Source: a virus
Taxonomy: Duplodnaviria; Caudoviricetes
DNA: 60,024 nt
IMG/VR virus record: IMGVR_UViG_3300042455_000193
Span: 1-60,024 of that record
Reading direction: 5' to 3' (one strand)
Shown: piece by piece, positions 18,611 to 28,821 of the stretch
How positions within the stretch are numbered: position 1 is the stretch's first letter
Layout of the letters: each line of letters starts with the position of its first letter
The notes under the pieces: model-generated
Databases searched by the model: none
What the model saw: the letters and a program-made list of their open reading frames with translations, nothing else
What the model was told of the DNA's origin: nothing
Program-made: the position numbers and the translations under genes

Positions 18611-20158
18611 TTATTGCACCTCTTGCCCGACTCCGCTAGTCGGTTTAGGAGTAATCGTAGATTTCTGGTTAATTGGTAAAGGCAGCATCACACCATCCTT
18701 TGTCATCACAAGAATTCCAGCGTTTGTTTGTTTTTCTAATCTATTACCTTTTGCATCAGTTCTGAAGTTATTGTTGTTGCTCCAGAAACTGCTTGCGCCG
18801 GGAGTAGATGGTTCAAGATAAGGCGAATATTTTTTAACTGTAAACGGATCAATATTGTTATTACCCAAACTGATATTTAGGTTTCCAATGTATTGATTGT
18901 TTGCGTAGGATGCCTCAATCTCGCTGTATCGCTTCTGCTTCAACTCTGGACTAATAGTTAAGTTAGCATCTTGACCCGACAACCAAGCGTTGTAATCACG
19001 ATTGATCATACTTTTTAATCCGTCTTGATACAGCGATCTATCTTTTTGTTCTGCCTTGTCACCCAACTGGTCAGAACGTATTTGCCTATCTAGCGCAGTT
19101 CTTGCATTAGCTGATTGGGTGCTGAAAACACTCGCATCATTTTGTCTAATACTATTACCAAAGCGATAGTCGTTATCTATAACTTCTTTAAGGCTTACGG
19201 TCTCAGCTAAAAGACGACGGGGATCCAGCGTCATCTTGCTACCATCTTTCAAAGTTACTTCTAGACCATCGTAAAAATCTTTAGTCTTTAATGCGGCTCC
19301 GGGAACAACGTTTTCAATTTTTATCTTCTTCATTGATTGCACATTGTCGCCAAACCGCTGGTCACCGCTTTCATCAAAAGCAGATTGCGCACCTTTAAAG
19401 TCTCCAGCCAATCCACGCTGAATAGCTACACCCACACCTTCGGCTTGCATCTTCCTGATCTTATCGACTTGATTCATCAAGTCTGAAGATGTTGCCTTGC
19501 CTCGAGCAAAGTCAATCATGCTAAAAGCACCAAGCATTTCTTGAAACTCTTTAGGTGTTGCGCCAAAGATATTTTGTGTGAGCGTTGTTGCTTTCTGTGG
19601 ATCATTCTCAGAAAGAACTTGCAGTGGGCTAATACGCTCTGGAGCCATAGCATCTGGTTGTTCTACGTTAGCAGAAGTACTAATTGCTTGAGTTCGCTTT
19701 GGAACTTTTAATCCACCGGGTGTGCCATTTGCAAAAGACTTAACAGCACCTCCATCAACATACCTGTCAAAATCTTCTGGATCTGCCGGATCAGCCAAGC
19801 TGTAATCAGCTTTGAATCCGTAGTCTGGTGAAGCGAAATTCTTTGGATTAAATGTAGGTCCGCTTTGAGCGCCGAGTTTATTGGTATTCCTATTCAACAG
19901 CTGTTGAATTCTTGGGATGTACGATCTAGTGAGATCGTTTGCTAAAGTAACACCCTCTGTTTCGGCTCCAATTTTCAGACCAGCTGCATCAGCCTGTCTT
20001 GCTAATGCGGCTTTGTATGGCGCATTGGCGGTGATCTCATCACGCTGAAGTTTAATAGCCTCTTCCCTATACTTCTTCGTCTCCTCCGCTTGCTTACGCT
20101 GTTCCGCCAATTGGCGTGATTGCATGTAACCACTTGTGAAATCATATGGATTAGCCAT
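18611..20158 (-). CDS. Internal virion/ejection protein
   Basis: Position, helical composition, MANPY start like its neighbour's MANPF. Confidence 0.6.
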   Translation of the reverse strand: MANPYDFTSGYMQSRQLAEQRKQAEETKKYREEAIKLQRDEITANAPYKAALARQADAAGLKIGAETEGVTLANDLTRSYIPRIQQLLNRNTNKLGAQSGPTFNPKNFASPDYGFKADYSLADPADPEDFDRYVDGGAVKSFANGTPGGLKVPKRTQAISTSANVEQPDAMAPERISPLQVLSENDPQKATTLTQNIFGATPKEFQEMLGAFSMIDFARGKATSSDLMNQVDKIRKMQAEGVGVAIQRGLAGDFKGAQSAFDESGDQRFGDNVQSMKKIKIENVVPGAALKTKDFYDGLEVTLKDGSKMTLDPRRLLAETVSLKEVIDNDYRFGNSIRQNDASVFSTQSANARTALDRQIRSDQLGDKAEQKDRSLYQDGLKSMINRDYNAWLSGQDANLTISPELKQKRYSEIEASYANNQYIGNLNISLGNNNIDPFTVKKYSPYLEPSTPGASSFWSNNNNFRTDAKGNRLEKQTNAGILVMTKDGVMLPLPINQKSTITPKPTSGVGQEVQ

Positions 20159-21189
20159 TACCGTCCCCCAATTCCGTATTTACGTTTCTGTTCTGCTGCT
20201 GGCATGTGATACTTATCTAACAACTTGTCAAAGAACTCAATGCCTTTGCGGTCAACCACATCTTTTGGTATCACATACTCGCCATTGGATAACATGGCAG
20301 GGATGGAGTCAGAGATTCCTGTGCCGGGTCCTCTTACAGCGCCGCCGGATCTGATATCGCCTCCGTCTGCCCGACCACCACCACCCATAAAAGCACCAGC
20401 AGCGTTCATGATTGCGGCAGTCTGCATTCCTTGTGTTTGGAAATTTGCAAACTGATTCTGGAAGCCCATGTTCAAGTTATTAGCCGCAGAGTTATTCGCA
20501 TTCATTGCGGTGCTGTAATACTGCCCCGGAATCATTGCGCCTTGATTGATCGTGCCCTGCGTTTGATTCATCGAGCTGTTAGCGCCAGCTAAGTTGCCGC
20601 CAGCCAGCTGACTGCTTCCTTGAGATGCGCCGGGGTATCCGCGCCCCACAGAAGCGGCATTGGTTAGCGCTCCACGCTTCATTTGATCTGCGGTTAGGTA
20701 GGCGTTAGTCTGAGCGTTTGCAAGCCCCAGAGCTTGATCTGTTGCGAGTCTTCCTACGGTTGCAGCAAATGCACCTGAGTCTGGTCTTACGCCCATACGG
20801 CTGAGAGATCGCATCCCCTGACCACGAGCGTTTTCAAAACCGTAATTAACGTCAGTGCCAGCTCTCGCTGCTAAGTCTCTGGCGTACTGACCGGTGTTGA
20901 AGTTCATCGCGTCTCTTGCGATAGCTTGCTCTACCGGACGGAACGTTTGCTTGGCGTAGTTAAAGTAATCATCTGAACGAGCTGACTCTTTTTCTGCCAA
21001 TCCTAACTGGCGGTTCATGATTCCTTCAGAGGAATCCAGTAGTCGCTTACGATCTGCATTGTTAATTGCCGCTTGCTCTCGCGCAAACGCCATGCTCTCT
21101 GCTGAAATTTCTTTATTTGCTTCAGCTATGGGCTTGTAGTCAGGAGTAGCTGGTGCTTTCCCGAACAGTAGGTCTCTTACGAAGCTCAT
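20158..21189 (-). CDS. Internal virion/DNA-transfer protein
   Basis: Ala/Gln/Asn-rich; C-terminal GPGTGISDSIPAMLSNGEYVI motif. Confidence 0.7.
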   Translation of the reverse strand: MSFVRDLLFGKAPATPDYKPIAEANKEISAESMAFAREQAAINNADRKRLLDSSEGIMNRQLGLAEKESARSDDYFNYAKQTFRPVEQAIARDAMNFNTGQYARDLAARAGTDVNYGFENARGQGMRSLSRMGVRPDSGAFAATVGRLATDQALGLANAQTNAYLTADQMKRGALTNAASVGRGYPGASQGSSQLAGGNLAGANSSMNQTQGTINQGAMIPGQYYSTAMNANNSAANNLNMGFQNQFANFQTQGMQTAAIMNAAGAFMGGGGRADGGDIRSGGAVRGPGTGISDSIPAMLSNGEYVIPKDVVDRKGIEFFDKLLDKYHMPAAEQKRKYGIGGR

Positions 21190-21590
21190 GTCAACTCCTT
21201 CGGTGATATCTCATAGGTATTCATACCGTCTTTACTTTCTACGAAACGGAAACTGGTTGCGTCTAACAGCCTTATGGCTGAGTAGTTATTGCTAGAAATG
21301 CAAACAATCAATGGGTTGTAGTGAGAAAACGCCCACGACAAAGTCGGCTTTAATAAAAAAGCCCACAATCCTTTGTGTTGTTTAGTTACGGCAAGGTGTA
21401 GCTTGTTGCCGATTAGTACAGCGCCCCCGATATCTTTGTCATCATGTTGGTAACCAACTGATGGAAGCTCGGTAAGTTTGCTTAAATAGGTCTGTCTTGA
21501 AAAAGTAGGGGAGACAAAGTATCCTGAGTCAACCCCATCCATTTCTGCCTGAAGATAGACTTCAGGGTTGAGTTGTTTTATCAACCTCAT
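21186..21590 (-). CDS. GNAT-like acetyltransferase
   Basis: LHLAV...GLW...NNYSAIRLLDATSFR; usual podophage position before ejection genes. Confidence 0.55.
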   Translation of the reverse strand: MRLIKQLNPEVYLQAEMDGVDSGYFVSPTFSRQTYLSKLTELPSVGYQHDDKDIGGAVLIGNKLHLAVTKQHKGLWAFLLKPTLSWAFSHYNPLIVCISSNNYSAIRLLDATSFRFVESKDGMNTYEISPKELT

Positions 21591-21618
21591 GCACCCTCAC
21601 AAGCGCAACTAAGCGTAA

Positions 21619-21640
21619 ATTAGCAATGCTAATATTATGA
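21619..21640 (-). promoter_or_regulatory. Perfect palindromic operator next to a CATAAT -10 element
   Basis: ATTAGCA-A-TGCTAAT at 21619-21633. Confidence 0.7.
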
Positions 21641-21641
21641 C

Positions 21642-22148
21642 TTATTGTGGCGGTGTGGGCCAGTTAATTTGAGTGGGATAACCTGCTTGTTCAGTGATGT
21701 CACGCAATGCTTGGCGGTACGTCGCCCATGAATCTTTTGTGGCTAAAGGTACGTCGGGTAACTGCGTCCAGTCAGAAGCAACAAGAAAGCGATTTCTTCG
21801 TTCCTTTGCTTTGGTTTCTAATGCGGGAATGTCGGGGATCCACTCCTTAGTTACATAGTCAAAGATGTAGTTGGCGGCAGGTGGAAAGCTAGTTGTAATA
21901 GCGCCATCAGCAACTTCAACCCAAGGAGATGTTCGCATATCGTCGGGCTGGTCTGAGACTTCATACTTTTTGGTGTCCGAGTTAAACCAAGTCGTACCAC
22001 GGTAGTCGGCAGTAAGTACCCATTCCGAGTCATTCCATTTGGGGCGCAGCTTACCTTGAGCTTCGGGAGGTTCTACCGAAACACCAGCAGAAGAATCAAC
22101 ATAGATTGTCCCGCTGTAGAAATTGTGATCGTCGTATGTGTATTTCAT
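21642..22148 (-). CDS. Tail fibre assembly chaperone
   Basis: DYRG; RNRFLVASDWTQLPD...WATYRQALRDITEQAGYP..INWP. Confidence 0.88.
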   Translation of the reverse strand: MKYTYDDHNFYSGTIYVDSSAGVSVEPPEAQGKLRPKWNDSEWVLTADYRGTTWFNSDTKKYEVSDQPDDMRTSPWVEVADGAITTSFPPAANYIFDYVTKEWIPDIPALETKAKERRNRFLVASDWTQLPDVPLATKDSWATYRQALRDITEQAGYPTQINWPTPPQ

Positions 22149-25100
22149 GCTCGGTTAAGTATCCATCGTACTTGCGTGGGAACTGTGATGTAGGTAAAAG
22201 TGCTTGATACATTTGTAATGATGTACTCCCGCAAATAAATAAAAACACGGTTATCGTCAGTGGTTGTAGTTCCACCGACTGAGTAACGTCTGTTTACAAT
22301 GACTTCTGCGACAACAGTAATATTGAATTGTCCATCCCCACCAGAATAGTTCGCTGAAGACAAAGGCTGCGCACTGCAAGAAAACGGCTGCCTAAGAACG
22401 ACGGCTAAAGGGAACGCCGAAAAATATTCATCAGTTATGCTTGTTGGTACTACACGGTTAATACTGACAATCTGAGTTGTTCCGACCGGAAGTGGAGTGT
22501 CGATGGTGTAGTTGCCCTCACCATCGTTCATGGTAGTACTGGTATACCCCAACAATGTCTTAGATGGCAGATCAATAACGCCACTTTCCAAAACACTACG
22601 GCGAGCAACGTTCATGCTGTCAGCAGTCAAAGAGGTTGCAGTTATTGTCCCCGAAAAAGATCCAGAAGTACCATATACAGTTCCTCTGAAGGTCGCGCCA
22701 CTAAATTCAGCAGATCCAGCTTTATCAATTTGCCATCCAGATACACCGGGTGAATAATTCGTCGACTGAATGAACTGACCAATGTATGCATTGGTAATTA
22801 CGCCAGTGTTAATATAAGTTCCAATATTTGTTGATGTAATTGGATTAGCACTTCTTAAAACTGTGCTGTCTAGTCCACTTATTGTGACAGTTCCTCCACC
22901 AGCGCCACTCAAGACACCTGCAGCACTAATTGAAATTTCACTGTTTGCAACCTTTGTATTTACTCCAGTACCAATTCCAGTTATTGCTCCGTTGGTAATA
23001 GTAATCTGTGAATTAGCTACAGCAGTCCCACTGCCAGTCGAAATTCCTTTGATAGTTCCATCTGCATCTAGGAAAGTATCATTCGCAGCTATAAACCAAG
23101 ATCCAGCCACCTTCTGGTAAAGCTGCTTAGTATCAGTTGCAAGAAACAAATCACCGTCTGAACCCGCCGGTCTATTTGCAAACAAACCTCTGCCGAAAAC
23201 ATTCTTTGTTGCATCCAGCGCGCCGCTATATCCAAGACCTGTAATAGTTACGGTTCCTCCACCAGCGCCACTTAGTGTGCCGTTTGAAGCAAGCGTAATT
23301 AAACCGTTAGCAACAGCAGTTCCATTTCCAGTTCCAATTCCATTAAGAACGCCGTTTGTAATGGTGATCGAGCTATTAGCTACAGCTGTACCAGCACCTG
23401 TCGAAACACCTTTAATAGTTCCATCGCTATCAACAAATGTTTTGTTTGCCGACAAAACCCAGCTACCAGCAATTTTTTGATACAGCTGATTTGTATCATT
23501 TGCAAAGTACACATCACCATCTAAACCACTTGGTATGCTGGCAATGGGTCCTTGTGTAAATACATTACGTGTTGCGTTTAATGCGCCGCTGTATCCAAGA
23601 CCACTGATAGTTACTTGACCACCGCCAGCTCCACTTAAGGTTCCGTTTGCAGCAAGACTTATCCTACTGTTTGCAACTACAGTTCCGCTACCTGCGGAAG
23701 TACCATTTATTGCGCCGTTGGCATCAACAGAAGTATTGTTTGCTGCCAGTACCCATGCGCCATCTACCTTTTGATAAAGTTGAAATGAGTCTGTTGAATA
23801 AAATAAATCACCATCACTGCCAACTGGTCTACTTGCAAAACCACCCTGACTAAATACATTCTTCGTTGCGTTATCTGCGGGTCTACCTGTTCCTGTAACT
23901 CCAGTCCACAGTGATGTTTGACCAAGAGACGCACCGTCAGTTAATTGATTGGTGTTTGTTGTGTAGTTAGCACCGGTATTCCATGCACCTGAAGTGCGAG
24001 CCTTGATGACATATGGATTAGCACTAGTATCTACCCAGATATCTCCATTTACTGGAGAGCTTGGCTCTGTTGCGCTGAAGGTGACTATGTTTCTTGTTGC
24101 ATCACTTGGTGGCTTTGTCCCATCCAAAGCTGAGTAACTAACAGAGTTCTGACCAGCAAGAGTACCAAGCCCACTGATTCTTGATGTGCTTAAAGATGTG
24201 CCAGCACTAAAGATTACATTACCCGCTGAATCTTTGATGCTCAAACCACGGGTATCAATTTGGTCTGCGGAAATTGAGCCAGACACCAATAGGTTTCCAT
24301 TGATGGAAACACCCATTGTTGCCCACGCTGAACCAGACCAATACTTTGTTTGTATGAATGCGGGAGGAGTTTGACCGGAAGTAATTGTGACAGTGTCACC
24401 AATTACCAAATGATTGTTTGTTGTGGCGCTATCGGCTTTTCCAAGCGCAGCCCATACAGCTTGTCTTGCGCTTGTATCACTCCACGCTGCAGCAGTAACT
24501 GCAAGGTTTAACGAACCTCGCAACCCATCTAAAATTACTTTTCCGCCAGCATCAATCTTTGTTGTCCCTTTGATATACACATTTGAGTTCATGTATATAC
24601 CATCCGTGTCTACGCCGAACGGGATGATGTTATTGTCTGGAGTGTTTGTCGCTCCACCAACATAGTTAGGAGAGACAATGGCAAACTTGTCTGCCGCAAT
24701 AATAAATGCTGAAGATGGAACACCATCAACTTCTGTGGCAGAAATTCCAAAACCAGCGATAGCTCCACCGGCTTTTACCTTGATAGAGTATTGCGCCCGG
24801 AGACCAGTTATTCGTTCAGCCTGTGTTGTTAAAGTCTGCTCTAGCTGCGCTCTGCCTGTACCGCCATCTTGGTAATAGTTTCCAAGGCTAGATACTAAAG
24901 TTGTTACCTTACCGGCTGATGCGGAATCTCTGTTAACACTTGCAAAAGATACCTCGCGGATTGCCGCCTGTGCATTGTCAATGCTTGCCGTCAAAGTCTG
25001 GGTGCTTATTGCCAGTGACCTGTCAACTTCTTGTATTCGCTGGTCAACACGCTGGATGTCAGCGCCTCGGTTTTTTGCCTCTTCCGCTAAGTCGCTGATC

Positions 25101-25516
25101 AAAATGTCAACAACCTCTTGTGGCACACCTTTGTAAGAAGAAGCTTTGCCTATTTCTGAGAATATGTCTTGATAGACTTGTGTGGCTTTGATCTTTTTGT
25201 CGAACTGATCAATCATCATAGTCGACAAGTTTGGCGACATCAATGTAACGCCAGTCACGCCGCTTGAGTCAATGCTTTTGATGTACGTTTGTCCACCAGA
25301 GTTAACAGCAATCAATCCGACGTTATACAAATCACGCCAAGTAACAACTTGATCGTATTTAGATCCTCGTCTACCTTCCCGAATCTCAACAATCTCTTTA
25401 ATTGTCTCAACTACATTTCGTAGCTGATTGACATCAGAAGTAGGTGCGGCAAGACCCGGAAGTTTGACACCGTCACCAACTGGTGGATTCTTTTCATTAT
25501 CAATTGGCGTACTCAT
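22145..25516 (-). CDS. Tail tip fibre with DUF1983-like domain and internal ~100-120-aa repeats
   Basis: AQYSIKV...IAGFGI...SAFIIAADKFAI; QSTNYSPGVSGWQIDKAGSAEF; three ATxNVF...DGD repeats. Confidence 0.8.
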   Translation of the reverse strand: MSTPIDNEKNPPVGDGVKLPGLAAPTSDVNQLRNVVETIKEIVEIREGRRGSKYDQVVTWRDLYNVGLIAVNSGGQTYIKSIDSSGVTGVTLMSPNLSTMMIDQFDKKIKATQVYQDIFSEIGKASSYKGVPQEVVDILISDLAEEAKNRGADIQRVDQRIQEVDRSLAISTQTLTASIDNAQAAIREVSFASVNRDSASAGKVTTLVSSLGNYYQDGGTGRAQLEQTLTTQAERITGLRAQYSIKVKAGGAIAGFGISATEVDGVPSSAFIIAADKFAIVSPNYVGGATNTPDNNIIPFGVDTDGIYMNSNVYIKGTTKIDAGGKVILDGLRGSLNLAVTAAAWSDTSARQAVWAALGKADSATTNNHLVIGDTVTITSGQTPPAFIQTKYWSGSAWATMGVSINGNLLVSGSISADQIDTRGLSIKDSAGNVIFSAGTSLSTSRISGLGTLAGQNSVSYSALDGTKPPSDATRNIVTFSATEPSSPVNGDIWVDTSANPYVIKARTSGAWNTGANYTTNTNQLTDGASLGQTSLWTGVTGTGRPADNATKNVFSQGGFASRPVGSDGDLFYSTDSFQLYQKVDGAWVLAANNTSVDANGAINGTSAGSGTVVANSRISLAANGTLSGAGGGQVTISGLGYSGALNATRNVFTQGPIASIPSGLDGDVYFANDTNQLYQKIAGSWVLSANKTFVDSDGTIKGVSTGAGTAVANSSITITNGVLNGIGTGNGTAVANGLITLASNGTLSGAGGGTVTITGLGYSGALDATKNVFGRGLFANRPAGSDGDLFLATDTKQLYQKVAGSWFIAANDTFLDADGTIKGISTGSGTAVANSQITITNGAITGIGTGVNTKVANSEISISAAGVLSGAGGGTVTISGLDSTVLRSANPITSTNIGTYINTGVITNAYIGQFIQSTNYSPGVSGWQIDKAGSAEFSGATFRGTVYGTSGSFSGTITATSLTADSMNVARRSVLESGVIDLPSKTLLGYTSTTMNDGEGNYTIDTPLPVGTTQIVSINRVVPTSITDEYFSAFPLAVVLRQPFSCSAQPLSSANYSGGDGQFNITVVAEVIVNRRYSVGGTTTTDDNRVFIYLREYIITNVSSTFTYITVPTQVRWILNRA

Positions 25517-27183
25517 GGAAGAGCCTTCAATTCATCTGTTGTTGATGTCAAGATAGCCCAGTTGATTTTGATATTTGATTCAATCCAAACTTGCCACTCA
25601 GACCCACGACCAGAAGGTAAACGTACAGGATCATTAGTAGTCATTGATTTCGTCAAAACCAATGATCCATCACGATAAATCTTCACCGTGGTTGTAGATG
25701 CTGATAGCTGAGTATCAGTATCAAAATACAACCATGAAAAAGATACAGGCTGCGGGAACCTGTAAACCCTGCTTTTATATGATCCAGTTAATGCTGTGCC
25801 CGACAGAGTAGAGGCATTCTTAATCGAAGTTCCCGTTAGGATGAACAACGTATCTGATGTTCTATCGGAGAATGCAGCATTTGCTGTTAAGTCTAATTTT
25901 GTGTAGCTGCCACTTGTCAAGTCAAACACTAAGCAACCAGAGGTATAGAAAGCGTAGTACCTATTTTCAAACTCAACTCCAATTATTGATGTTGGACTTA
26001 GAGCTTGCCAATCAGCCTTGCTGATGATCCCGGACGTATATACGTTTGCGCTACCGTTTTGATACAACACCAATCCATCTGGACTGGCATAGATTACTGA
26101 GCTACCAATAGTTCTCAATGATCTTTTGGATACGCACGACTGGTTAAGCTCAAGCTTGATAGCGGACATGCCCGCTGAATCAGCGCCATTAACCACATAG
26201 GGATTACCCTTTGTCCCAACAAAGATTGATTGACCAAAAGCAACCATGCCAACTACTTCATACTCAACAACGATTGCGTACTCAGGATTCCATGCGTAAG
26301 GAATGTTTGGTTCAGAGAAGTAAATCGTATTTCCAACGAACCCAGCCATGATTCCATTTGGAAGAGCTACTAATCCCTTAAGAGAAGAATGAGGCATCTC
26401 CCAATTAAAAGTTGGGCATGGCTCACCAAGCCTATCATCAGCAAAATTGTCCAGATAATTTGGATTGGTTTTGGCAGGGTCGTATTTAGTTGTAACTGGT
26501 ATATCAGCCAACGGATGTATCAACATGAATCCACTAGATGAATTTCCTGAAGAGTTCCGATAGATACGTACTCGATTTATATCCGTTCTGTTTACAGGAG
26601 GGGCAAGCCACTCAACCAATACGTTGTCGTTCTGATCGATCTTCAATGGTGTAGCCACAGCCGGGGAGGGCGCAGACTCTTCATCCCTATCAGTGACGTA
26701 TGTGTATATGTATGTTCTATACACATCTCTTAACTCAACACCGGTTGCTGGCGTGTTACCACCTGGAACTGTCAATGCTGCTTGGAATGCGTCATTGATC
26801 GTATTATCTTTATCTTTGAGAATTGACTCGTAGTAAGTTTGAATCTCTAAGTTAATCTTCTTTGCTTGCTGTTGAAGATCAATCAATGTCTTGCTTGTTG
26901 TTTCAACCGCTGTTGAATCCAAAGAGCCTTGAGGATAATTTGCCCATCCAACATAGTTTTCTTTGTCAACAACTTGAACTAATGAGTTGACTAATCTATC
27001 TACTTCTGGTGAGTTTGATAGCGCAGAAGTCTGGTCGTAATACGGCAGTTGAACAAGATTGCTGAGGATAAAGTTTTTTAAACCAGCTTGATCTACTTTC
27101 TTTGCCCCATTGTCATCAACAATGTACGTAGATATTAAGTTTGCTAATTGCGTTACAGATTGGCCGGTAAATTGACTTGGCAT
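25513..27183 (-). CDS. Tail nozzle/stabilisation protein, C-terminal part
   Basis: RTYIYTYVT..EESAPSPA, RIYR, LPNGIMAGF, FSEP..PYAW, QSCVSKRS, YASPDGLV, RLPSGR. Confidence 0.8.
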   Translation of the reverse strand: MPSQFTGQSVTQLANLISTYIVDDNGAKKVDQAGLKNFILSNLVQLPYYDQTSALSNSPEVDRLVNSLVQVVDKENYVGWANYPQGSLDSTAVETTSKTLIDLQQQAKKINLEIQTYYESILKDKDNTINDAFQAALTVPGGNTPATGVELRDVYRTYIYTYVTDRDEESAPSPAVATPLKIDQNDNVLVEWLAPPVNRTDINRVRIYRNSSGNSSSGFMLIHPLADIPVTTKYDPAKTNPNYLDNFADDRLGEPCPTFNWEMPHSSLKGLVALPNGIMAGFVGNTIYFSEPNIPYAWNPEYAIVVEYEVVGMVAFGQSIFVGTKGNPYVVNGADSAGMSAIKLELNQSCVSKRSLRTIGSSVIYASPDGLVLYQNGSANVYTSGIISKADWQALSPTSIIGVEFENRYYAFYTSGCLVFDLTSGSYTKLDLTANAAFSDRTSDTLFILTGTSIKNASTLSGTALTGSYKSRVYRFPQPVSFSWLYFDTDTQLSASTTTVKIYRDGSLVLTKSMTTNDPVRLPSGRGSEWQVWIESNIKINWAILTSTTDELKALP

Positions 27184-27184
27184 A

Positions 27185-28213
27185 TTAGGCTTCGTAATTG
27201 TATGTTGTTGGCGAAGACAGAGTGTTAGTCATGTTCAGCAGGTTCTGAGCCAAAGTATTCTTTCCTTTTGTAATCGCATCTGTTACTGCCGTTTGACTGT
27301 AAAAATTAACCCATGCTGCATTGATTGCGGAATTCAAGCCATCACCTCCACTGGCTGCTGCATAAAACTGATCAGCTAATGACTGAAGCTTTGCAGATCT
27401 GGTCTTTACGTAATCATTATTGACAGATACAAGATCAGAAATAAAGTCAACAAACTTTTGAGCTTGTGCGTCCGTGAAAAGCGTAGCGCCAGCTGCGTCT
27501 GTGTATGTCAGCAATATTGATTTGAGATTTGGGAATGCATAAGACGGTGCTCTGGCTCTCAGGATTGCTGCGTAGTTATCCGCATCCACCTCAACACCCG
27601 CTCCAAATAAAGACTTGTAGATCTCTTTGGTTGGAGTCTTAACACCGTTAACTGTTGAGCTTGGAATCGTAAACCTTACCTGATCTTCGTAACTTGTAGA
27701 AGGTGTTGGGATAGTTCCATTCCAAGGAGCTGTTCTTGCTGCGCCTATGTACGTGAGAGTTCTATTGGCGTTCATGTAAGCCAATACTTTTGCACTAAGT
27801 TGCTTGTAATAAGTTTCAGCTTCCTCAGTAGACAGCTCATCCACTACAACTCGCGTAATGGTGGGAGCCAAACTTGCTTTTGGTACGCCAAGTGGACGAA
27901 CCGCCAAAGTGATGTCAGTAACCTTGGGTGCACCATCGCCTGTGTAATACGTTCGCTCAGTTGTATCACTTGCTAGTGGACCGCGAGCGTAATCAACATC
28001 ATTGGTGTTTGTAATGAATGACGAATTGGTTGCAAACCTATACAAGGTTGCCCCTGCTGTAGCGCTTTGCACAGTCGCTGCAGCATAGAACGGACGAAAG
28101 TCGCCAAAGCGGGTATCTAAGTTCTTAACTTCCGTGCCAAATCCTTCTGGCAGTAGCTTGGGAGATATGCTTGGAGCCATCCCTGCAAACTTAGTAATCA
28201 ATATCTGAGGCAT
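27185..28213 (-). CDS. Tail nozzle/stabilisation protein, N-terminal part with helical extension
   Basis: FAGMAP...LLP, RTYYTGDGAPKVT, LGVP motifs. Confidence 0.75.
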   Translation of the reverse strand: MPQILITKFAGMAPSISPKLLPEGFGTEVKNLDTRFGDFRPFYAAATVQSATAGATLYRFATNSSFITNTNDVDYARGPLASDTTERTYYTGDGAPKVTDITLAVRPLGVPKASLAPTITRVVVDELSTEEAETYYKQLSAKVLAYMNANRTLTYIGAARTAPWNGTIPTPSTSYEDQVRFTIPSSTVNGVKTPTKEIYKSLFGAGVEVDADNYAAILRARAPSYAFPNLKSILLTYTDAAGATLFTDAQAQKFVDFISDLVSVNNDYVKTRSAKLQSLADQFYAAASGGDGLNSAINAAWVNFYSQTAVTDAITKGKNTLAQNLLNMTNTLSSPTTYNYEA

Positions 28214-28224
28214 CTCAATCCTTC

Positions 28225-28821
28225 TTAACTTAGAACAGCTATCGCCATTTCAATGTGTTTGATTCGATCATTTAAACCAATGGTTCCACCATTGATCTTC
28301 TTTGTCATCAAGACATAGTTCTGCGAATCAGCGTATTGATTTAATCTGTGTAAATCCCAAAACCATCCGGCAGTCATTGCCGCATACTGAGGTGTCGCTA
28401 CGAGATCAGGCTCCATGACAAAATCTTGTCCGCAAGCCTGACCGGCATGGAAGTAATTGGCATGCCCGGTAAGCTGGATACACCCACGACCACGGAAACG
28501 ATAGCCGTCACCACTAGCCTCATCACGATTACCCATACGATTAGAGTAGACCATGTTGGCAATCTTCTTAGGATTTCTTGCATATTGATTTGCAATCTCC
28601 AAAGTTGGAAATCTTTTTGACCAAAGCTTCATCAACGTCTCAGCCCGGTAGTTAAGGTTCTCTTCAAGAACTTTGAACTGCCCACACTCGTGACCACACT
28701 GACCAATGAATGAAGCTTTCTGAATTGGAGTCAGGATATTGAATCGCTCAAAGGTTGCGTTTAATGCGTCTACCCATTGCGGTCCGATATGGAGTTGTTT
28801 GAGTTGCTCACTACTGACCAT
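28225..28821 (-). CDS. GH19 (chitinase-like) endolysin
   Basis: FIGQCGHE, ENLNY, FRGRGCIQLTG..NY, AGWFW, TKKINGG..GLNDR. Confidence 0.93.
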   Translation of the reverse strand: MVSSEQLKQLHIGPQWVDALNATFERFNILTPIQKASFIGQCGHECGQFKVLEENLNYRAETLMKLWSKRFPTLEIANQYARNPKKIANMVYSNRMGNRDEASGDGYRFRGRGCIQLTGHANYFHAGQACGQDFVMEPDLVATPQYAAMTAGWFWDLHRLNQYADSQNYVLMTKKINGGTIGLNDRIKHIEMAIAVLS

